Positions 25,446 to 32,000 of a stretch of 32,000 nt of DNA are shown piece after piece. The DNA is taken from contig CP091279.1 of the NCBI GenBank assembly GCA_021650915.1, positions 3,780,001 to 3,812,000 of the forward strand. Direction: 5' to 3'. The position numbers and the translations under genes are program-made. Numbering within the stretch: the first letter of the stretch is position 1; each line of letters begins with the position of its first letter. Source of the DNA: Candidatus Brocadia sp. GTDB taxonomy: Bacteria > Planctomycetota > Brocadiia > Brocadiales > Brocadiaceae. The notes beneath the pieces were generated by a model. It did no database searches. It saw nothing but the letters and a program-made list of their open reading frames with translations, and was not told the DNA's origin.

Positions 25446-26510
25446 TCATACACTAAGTTCAATAAAATCGATATTTTGTCTGTCATAGACACCCAATCCT
25501 TTTTTTCCTGCGGTGGCGATATGTTTTGCTTTTTGAAATACTGATGGGTAGTTGTTTTCCTTGCGTTTTCTATCAATGATTTCAAGACCTATCCGGTCAA
25601 TGGCTACGGGGTCCGTTCCCAAAAAAAGTCGTTCCTCATTCCAGATCGTCCATGTCTTCATACTGGCGGGGCCTCCATCAAAACAGGCCTGCAATGCATC
25701 AACGATGTGCAAACGTACTTTTTCTCTGAGCGCCGGATGCGCACAGACTTCTGCTGAAGCCGGATCGCAGAAGTAAGGTGACGGATGAAATCTGGGGGTA
25801 TTATTAACGGCGCCGAATGCCAGATTTTTAAGACATAAAGTTACACCTGCAATTCCATGGTCCTTCATAACCGGCACGTTAATGATGGCGCTAACGTGTT
25901 GAGTGACGATTGTGCTAAAGAGTGACCGCGCCCCATCATCCTGACGCAGGGAGAAGTCGTCATCGAGCGATTCATAATAGGTCTTTTTGTCATATCCGGC
26001 AGTTGGTTCCGTGCCATAGCAGCGAACCCCACTATTCCCCTGATTTAAAGGGAAGCCTGCAGTAATCAGATGGTAGCTAAAACGGTCCCAGATAATGATA
26101 TTATTCTCCTTAACCCCTGCTGCGATGAGGCTGCGGATGATAGCATTGACAACCTCAGGCCGTGTGGAAAGTTTTATACCGCCGATTGGATTTATCTTTA
26201 TCCCAACAACATCTTCCGGTGTGAAAAATGTTTTCCATGCATCAGCAATGGTTCTTTTCCCGGTGAGAGCAAACATCCCTTCATTCATCATCCGTTGTAC
26301 ATTTTCTGCTTCAGGTTTTCCGGCGCTTATAATTCCGCTGCTTTTAACCCCAACTACGGTGCTTTTTTTGCCGGCGGAAGACGGTATATCCGACCCAATC
26401 GCCCATTGCAAACCTTCAAACCCCCCAATGCCTGCCCCTAATCCGGCAATACCAAAAGCTGAATGTTTTAAGAAATTTCTGCGGGAAAGGTCGTTGTTTT
26501 TTGTATCCAT
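25446..26510 (-). CDS. Tat-signal DUF362-like protein of unknown function
   Basis: Twin-arginine signal LSRRNFLKHSAFGIAGLGAG. The body resembles DUF362 (IKINPIGG...; VMKDHGIAGVTLCLKNL; GTDPVAIDRIG). ATG 26510 has SD GGAGAAACGG. Confidence 0.7.
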   Translation of the reverse strand: MDTKNNDLSRRNFLKHSAFGIAGLGAGIGGFEGLQWAIGSDIPSSAGKKSTVVGVKSSGIISAGKPEAENVQRMMNEGMFALTGKRTIADAWKTFFTPEDVVGIKINPIGGIKLSTRPEVVNAIIRSLIAAGVKENNIIIWDRFSYHLITAGFPLNQGNSGVRCYGTEPTAGYDKKTYYESLDDDFSLRQDDGARSLFSTIVTQHVSAIINVPVMKDHGIAGVTLCLKNLAFGAVNNTPRFHPSPYFCDPASAEVCAHPALREKVRLHIVDALQACFDGGPASMKTWTIWNEERLFLGTDPVAIDRIGLEIIDRKRKENNYPSVFQKAKHIATAGKKGLGVYDRQNIDFIELSV

Positions 26511-27089
26511 TACCGTTTCTCCTAAATATGAACCCATCAGGATTGTACATTGATCTTAGCTTGAAAAATTTTTTTTCAAACGAGGTATTTTGCCATTCAA
26601 TACTGTTGTGAACGCCTGAGGAGCCGATTGTATCTTTGTCTTGTATGCCGATCATTGAATTACGAGGAGGAGCAATTTTTATAATTGACAAATGGTTTTT
26701 CTCTGATATTGTCTTTGATATTTAGCATAAGAATATTTACCCAGCGAATGGATTGAAAAGTATCATTTGTTTATTGTATACTACGTTTGCTGGTTCTTAA
26801 AACAAAAAACTTTTCCAATTTGGCTGAGGTAGGATTATAACCAGCCCTCTTCCCGGCAGGTCAATTTCACCGTTCTGCAATCCTTTCCGTGATAATGCAG
26901 AGCAATGGGGAGATTCTGCGGCTGTGAGTGCGGATACAAAAGGACATTGAAGGACGCAGATCGTCAGGGGAAAGATCGACAAATCCATGGTCTAAGGCAG
27001 TTGCATTCGTGAAACCGGGTTCTCAGGAGCGTCAAACTTCAACAACAAGGAAACGTGAACTCCTGCCTCTTTATTGATAATATTCCTTT

Positions 27090-27770
27090 ATGAAGGCGAT
27101 AATATTTGATATGGACGGCGTACTTGTCGATTCTATGTCCTATCACGCAGAGGCATGGGATATTGTGCTGAAAACAGCGGGAATCAGCATTGACAAGAAA
27201 ATTATCTATGAGCTTGAAGGCGCAAATTGCCGACAGGTAATTGATATCATCCTGCGGCAACATAACCAAATACCAACGGAAACAGAGATACGAGACCTTG
27301 GTCGCAAGAAAATGGAAGTTTTTGAACTGATAGAACGTGTGAGACCCTTTGACGGTATGCCAGAGCTCCTTGAAACGCTTAAACTAAAATATCAACTTGC
27401 CGTTGTCTCCGGTTCTAATAAAAAGACCGTACAGACAACGCTGAATACCTTTTTCCCCGACACTTTTAAGGTTATTGTTGATGGAGAAGAAACCAGGATA
27501 GGCAAACCGTCGCCAGAGCCGTATTTGCGGGCTATAGAAAAACTTGGTATTCCAAAGAACCACTGCCTCGTCATCGAGAACGCCCCCCTCGGGATACGAT
27601 CAGCGAAAGGCGCCGGCTTGCGATGTATAGCCATTACTACCTATCTCAGCAGAGAATTCCTGAAAGAAGCCGATTTCATTGTTGATGACCACCGCGAATT
27701 AAGAAAGTATCTTGAAAGAGAAGCAGAACGGGAAAATGACAAAGGATACAACCACGTAAATACGCCATAG
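27090..27770 (+). CDS. HAD-superfamily phosphatase (beta-phosphoglucomutase-like subfamily)
   Basis: Motif I FDMDGVLVDS, motif II VVSGS, motif III K..P.PYL and motif IV ENAPLGIRSAKGAG. Confidence 0.85.
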   Translation: MKAIIFDMDGVLVDSMSYHAEAWDIVLKTAGISIDKKIIYELEGANCRQVIDIILRQHNQIPTETEIRDLGRKKMEVFELIERVRPFDGMPELLETLKLKYQLAVVSGSNKKTVQTTLNTFFPDTFKVIVDGEETRIGKPSPEPYLRAIEKLGIPKNHCLVIENAPLGIRSAKGAGLRCIAITTYLSREFLKEADFIVDDHRELRKYLEREAERENDKGYNHVNTP

Positions 27771-28047
27771 ATGGAGGTTATAAGATCAAAAGATTTTCCA
27801 TCTTTTTGTTTTTTTCTTCGGTGTTAACCCCTCCCATATGCTTCTTGCATTCACCCACCGTATGTGCTAAACTTTTTCGCATAAATTTCTTTTTTACGAT
27901 TTTTCTGCGAAAACAGGCATCCTTTCCACCCGCTGCCGATGAAATGGGTCATCCTGAACTCCTTGGAACAGAATTGGAACCGGAGGATTGTGTGATAAAG
28001 GCGCCCGTTTTTTCCTCGCTCTATTACCTGTACAGAGGATTGAAACG

Positions 28048-30651
28048 ATGTTTATAAAGGACACGAGTTTTGATTCCAAAAGGATAGACGATCACTATAT
28101 CATCGAGGCATATATCCCCGAAGAATATAATCTGGAAATTTCTGGCGAAGGCCTTCAACTGGCAAGCCGAAACGAATTACGACATCCTGTTGGGGTTGTT
28201 GCAGCCAGATCATTGCGGTATTTCAGCATCAATGGAGAAGATTTTAATATCTTTCGTATACGAGACATGGTTGTCTGGCGGCTCAGGCACATCTATAACA
28301 GCTTCAGCTGGTGGAATGCCTACGTGGTAAACGCAGAGGGGGAACGGAAATATTTGCCCATGCTATATATCGGGGAAAAATTTGGTACCGTAACAGGGAA
28401 TGTGGATGAAGCTGATATTGTGCCAAGCGCATTTGAAAACGACCGGTGTATTGTCAATGAAGGATGTGAGGGTGGGGCGATTTTTGCCGTTGGTTACAGT
28501 GAAAGGGGCGGATTGTTTAACGCCCCCGATATGTATGGGGCCAAGACGATTGTCGGGAACAAGTATAAAGGTGCTGGTGTCAGTGTAATCCATGGCATTA
28601 CCAAGAATCTCAGACTTATGGCAGAACACACGCTGAGGGCCAAAGGCAGTGAGATTACTCCCGGGAACATTCATGATGAAATCAAAGAGATGAAAATTGT
28701 TATTCTGGACAGACCAAGGCATGCAAAACTCATTAAGACAATAAAAGAACTTGGCGCCCAATTGATTCTTGTGAAGGATGACGATCTGACGCCCACCTTT
28801 GCGACAGCAAGAAAGGAGATAGATCTGATCACGGGTGTGGGCGGAATTCCTGAAGCCATCCTGAGTGCAATTATTATTGAAAAATTGGGTGGAGAGATGA
28901 GCTTAAGGATATTGCCGGCTGACGTGGCGCAGGACGAAAAATTATCAGGAAAACTGAGTAACTGGGACCTCTTCAGGAAGAACGAAATAGATATTTTAAA
29001 GAATTTTAAAATTGTAAAACCCGGCACAGAGAAAACGGGCGAAAAAGCCTGGGATACCGTGTGGATCTCGAAGGATTTAGCCAGCGGCATGGATATGGTG
29101 TTTACGGCCTGTGTCATTAAAAGAACTCCGTGGATAAGATTCCCCGATGGGAAAGACGTCCCGGGAGTAAAGCTGGATCCTGAAACTGGGAAAGTAACCG
29201 TCCATGTTGTTCGTATTGCCAATGAAACTTTTGAAATTATCCCCATCATTTATACAACAGCGATTAGTGAATGTATTAAGCGCTACTCTGCTATGGAGGT
29301 AGTCCACGAAGGAATTGATGGTGACTTACTTATTCAATTGGGAGAGTCGTATGCAGAGTTTGGCATGTTTCAAAAAGCAAAGGAATGCATCCAAAAGGCA
29401 AGGATATTGAAAAACTCCCCTGAGCATTTTGTTCAGAAATGTGATTCCCTGTACGAGTATATTGAAGGGTTAGATGATCTTACAAGCAAACCTATTCAAA
29501 CCCCGGAAGCTTTGATAGAACATTTCAAAAAGGTATGTCGTTTGGGACGAAGAGATGATATATGGTTGAAATCCAAGATCATGATTAAGAGATTTTTTGA
29601 GTACCTCGGGGACAAAAATTATCATGACCGTCATTACGAGGCGGCTCTTGCCTGTTACCGGGAGGCGTTGCAATACAGCCCCCAGCTGAATCTCTACCGC
29701 AAGGTCAATTCTATTCAAATGAAGGATATCCTGGAAAAATATTTTCATCTGACCGACAAAATATACAAAGAATATCATTACAAGGAATCAAGGGATCTGG
29801 AAAAATACAAACTCGAAATTGCGTTGAAGGTCTTTTATCAAAGCGAGGGGCAGGTAAAATCATCGTGCAGGGAACCATGGCTAATCTTCTTTCGGAGAAC
29901 GGTATTGCATGGGAAAAGGCCTTCGTACAAACTGGTCATTCTCATCAGGTTATTGAGATTATACAAGAAGTTAAATAGAGCCCGTGAAGACGAGATTTCT
30001 CTCTTCCTGAAAAGAGAATTTAAGATGACCGAGGATGAAATAGCGTGCATCCTTCGTTACAAGAACGAGCAGAAACGATTTCATTCTGTGGGTGAACTGT
30101 ATCGTGTGTCGGGATTGAGTCTGGAAGGCTTGTCGAAATTACTTCTCCCGCAGGTGACCATTGAGAGCCAAAATGAACTGGAAGATGCCGATATTCCCCT
30201 GAGCATCAGTCTTGTTGAGGTAATGGAAAAGCGGTATAAGAACATGCTGGATGAACTGAAAGAGGGATACCGGAAGGAGGCGCAGGAACATTCGTATGCG
30301 ATGGCAGAGGCGTATCACTACGTAGGTCTGGCGCTCTACGATATTGGCGATGACGAGGGGGTAAAAATATATTATGAAAAGGCGCTGGTAAAATTTCAGG
30401 AGATTATAGAGAAGTTTGAGGGGATAACACCGGTTCACGCCCAGTATCGTATCGGCAATCTTTTCGAGGAATTAGCCTTGCTCTACGAGAAAGAGCAGGA
30501 AGAATACAACAAAAAGGCGATAGATGCCTACACGCGTATTATCGATGAGCAGCAATCGGCAAGATTATTTGGCGCTATACGCGAGTTGGTTTCAGTCAAA
30601 ATAGACCAGGCCAGGGAAAGGGTGGAATACCTGAAAAGAGAATGGTTTTAG
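28048..30651 (+). CDS. GlpX-like (class II FBPase fold) domain fused to a ~430-aa TPR-like helical domain
   Basis: PMLYIGEKFGT, FNAPDMY, ILDRPRH, KDDD and GVGGIPEA are collinear with my recalled E. coli GlpX. The C-terminal half has TPR-like repeats (YAEFGMFQKAKECIQKA; HYEAALACYREALQYSP; YHYVGLALYDIGDDEGVKIYYEKAL). ATG 28048 has GAGGA upstream. Confidence 0.7.
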   Translation: MFIKDTSFDSKRIDDHYIIEAYIPEEYNLEISGEGLQLASRNELRHPVGVVAARSLRYFSINGEDFNIFRIRDMVVWRLRHIYNSFSWWNAYVVNAEGERKYLPMLYIGEKFGTVTGNVDEADIVPSAFENDRCIVNEGCEGGAIFAVGYSERGGLFNAPDMYGAKTIVGNKYKGAGVSVIHGITKNLRLMAEHTLRAKGSEITPGNIHDEIKEMKIVILDRPRHAKLIKTIKELGAQLILVKDDDLTPTFATARKEIDLITGVGGIPEAILSAIIIEKLGGEMSLRILPADVAQDEKLSGKLSNWDLFRKNEIDILKNFKIVKPGTEKTGEKAWDTVWISKDLASGMDMVFTACVIKRTPWIRFPDGKDVPGVKLDPETGKVTVHVVRIANETFEIIPIIYTTAISECIKRYSAMEVVHEGIDGDLLIQLGESYAEFGMFQKAKECIQKARILKNSPEHFVQKCDSLYEYIEGLDDLTSKPIQTPEALIEHFKKVCRLGRRDDIWLKSKIMIKRFFEYLGDKNYHDRHYEAALACYREALQYSPQLNLYRKVNSIQMKDILEKYFHLTDKIYKEYHYKESRDLEKYKLEIALKVFYQSEGQVKSSCREPWLIFFRRTVLHGKRPSYKLVILIRLLRLYKKLNRAREDEISLFLKREFKMTEDEIACILRYKNEQKRFHSVGELYRVSGLSLEGLSKLLLPQVTIESQNELEDADIPLSISLVEVMEKRYKNMLDELKEGYRKEAQEHSYAMAEAYHYVGLALYDIGDDEGVKIYYEKALVKFQEIIEKFEGITPVHAQYRIGNLFEELALLYEKEQEEYNKKAIDAYTRIIDEQQSARLFGAIRELVSVKIDQARERVEYLKREWF

Positions 30652-30953
30652 GTATACTCAAAAGGTTCACAATCAGTGAATATTTAGATTGATAAACAGG
30701 GTGGCATGGACAAACTCTGTTTGTCCGTGTTGAACTTGCACGACGTTGTTTATAGAGCCTGCGCATAAACTAAAAAACAAGCCATGAAAAGGCGGAACTG
30801 CATCATGTGTGCATTGACAGAGAAACGGATTTCACTCAAAAGCGAGGTCAAAGAGAGAGAAAAACGATTCGTCAGAGGACACCAGACCAAATAAGCCGAA
30901 TTCCAGACGTACCATCCCTCCACACGACGACTCTTTTACGCTGAAAACCAGAT

Positions 30954-32000
30954 TTAGTTTCTTAACAAGACATGAAACGCAATCATGGTTTTATCCAGGT
31001 ATGCCTGGAACGAATCGTTTCCCCGCTTCGTGAGCCGATCATCCCCAAAGTCACACTTCAACCGTTTTATCATCCTTTCCACCGCAGGACGACGGGACAT
31101 GATGGCCTTGTACCTCTTCGCCATCGGAGGGTCTTTGGGGTCTATGTGTGGCAAGAGATCAAACGAGATATTGATTATCCTGCCACCGGTAGCGTTTGGG
31201 CAACAATCCTCGCGATGATAACAAGCGCGACATACCGGCGCATTGTCTGAATCCTTTGGCGCTTGATAGATAAACTTCTCATGTTCGTATCTCATCCCCC
31301 TGATATTCCATCTCGTATCCCGCCTTACACACCGGAATACCATACGGTGTAATCTTGTCTATTCCTCGTGGCAAATCTTCCGTGATCTCCTTTTTCCTTC
31401 TTGGATTGAAAGACACCTTTACCTCTATACCCAGATTCTCCCTGAATTTCTTCTTGATTTCATCACTATCGCCTGCGCTATCATACAATACCCTTTCTAC
31501 CGACGGTTGAATCTCCGGATACATCTCAAAGACTTCCTTCACGTGCGGGTATAAGGTCATTCCATCAAAGGTCGCCGCATCCTTTATCGCACGCGCATCT
31601 AAGGGTATCCCTTGACGGGGATACCCAAGCACACTTGCCTTGTGACCCCAATACATCTTCCCCCCGGATTTTACGATTGTCCCCGCCCCATCATCACTCA
31701 ATCCCCACGAATGACTGCACCCCTGCTTATCTTCGCAACCACACCTCTTGGTTACCTTTGACTGCGATTTCTTCTGCTCTTCGCCACTCGCATCTTTATA
31801 TACTACGGTCTCAAAGCCCGAATACGCGTAATAATGGGTCGTGTCTCCCACCAACTCATTTTCCTTTCTTATGATCCCACTCGTTATGTTCGCTTTCACC
31901 TCTTCCACTTTTATCCTCGCCCATATCCCGCTTTCTTTCATGATCTGGTCAAACTGCTCCAGCTTCCGAAGGCTTGGTATGTGCTCACTGCAATACTCGT
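30954..32000 (-). pseudogene. IS4/IS5-superfamily DDE transposase, frameshifted, with its 5' end beyond the window
   Basis: The N-part frame is open to base 32000 (...WGHKASVLGYP, LYDSAGDSDEI). The C-part is in another frame (..RRPAVERMIKRLKCDFGDDRLTKRG). The frames overlap at 31279..31343 around a C5/G5 run at ~31305. Element ends are not visible. Confidence 0.7.

Larger units (their letters stand above)
24146..25511. repeat. Head-to-tail tandem duplication of a ~683-bp unit (24146..24828 and 24829..25511)
   Basis: Hand alignment gives constant offsets of 682-684 bp. Example pairs are ACCTATGAGCAAATTCAAG at 24146/24829, CACACC.TGCCAAATAGTTACATCTGG at 24363/25047 and GCCATTCA.ACA at 24759/25441. 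Confidence 0.85.

Noticed and set aside
26823-26925. TPP-riboswitch-like fragments (GGCTGAGG ... GATAATGCAGAGC ... GGGGAG)
   Set aside because: The GGGGTGC/ACCC P2 elements and the ACCTGATCTGG context are missing. The candidate P5 loop is far too long, and the site lies 170 nt from the HAD start.
28671-29249. 192-aa minus-strand ORF
   Set aside because: It is a shadow ORF inside the GlpX-like gene, which has clear homology on the plus strand.
1-32000. CRISPR arrays, tRNA, rRNA and tmRNA
   Set aside because: I saw no regularly spaced short direct repeats, no GTTCGAATC-type T-arm with cloverleaf context and no rRNA-like conserved blocks. The only tandem structure is the 683-bp duplication described above.

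Overview
This is a 32-kb bacterial chromosomal window. It is moderately AT-rich and uses GGAGG-type Shine-Dalgarno sites. The taxon cannot be fixed from the sequence alone. Housekeeping genes are mixed with heavily remodelled accessory DNA.

Contents from left to right:
- The 5' part of ppdK (minus strand, runs off the left edge).
- A trio that looks like lysophospholipid recycling: an MFS/LplT-like transporter, a PlsC-type acyltransferase and an alpha/beta hydrolase.
- An EEP-family nuclease/phosphatase.
- A roughly 7.5-kb molybdate island: a ModE N-domain-only regulator, a stand-alone di-Mop protein, a Porin_O_P-like porin, a small secreted SUOX-fold-like protein, modA, mop, modB and modC. 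The island also holds hairpin repeats, one MITE, a relic of a porin 3' end and two 22-bp palindromic Mo-box-like operators.
- An intact IS66-family element with an 8-bp target duplication.
- A REC-PAS-GGDEF-EAL regulator whose stop codon is supplied by an inserted IS630-family element. That element's transposase is broken by a single in-frame TGA.
- A flavodiiron protein, ispD, a dGTPase-like HD protein, a HIT protein, an FmdB zinc ribbon and an NlpD-like LysM/LytM lipoprotein.
- The most unusual locus: a Tat-signal DUF362-like protein followed by a 683-bp head-to-tail duplication that carries two copies of a gene for a 58-aa membrane-anchored Cys/His-rich peptide.
- A HAD phosphatase and an 867-aa GlpX-like/TPR fusion protein.
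- A frameshifted IS4/IS5-superfamily transposase that runs off the right edge.

I saw no rRNA, tRNA or CRISPR array. All family calls rest on motifs read by eye and on recalled reference sequences. No HMM or database search was run.
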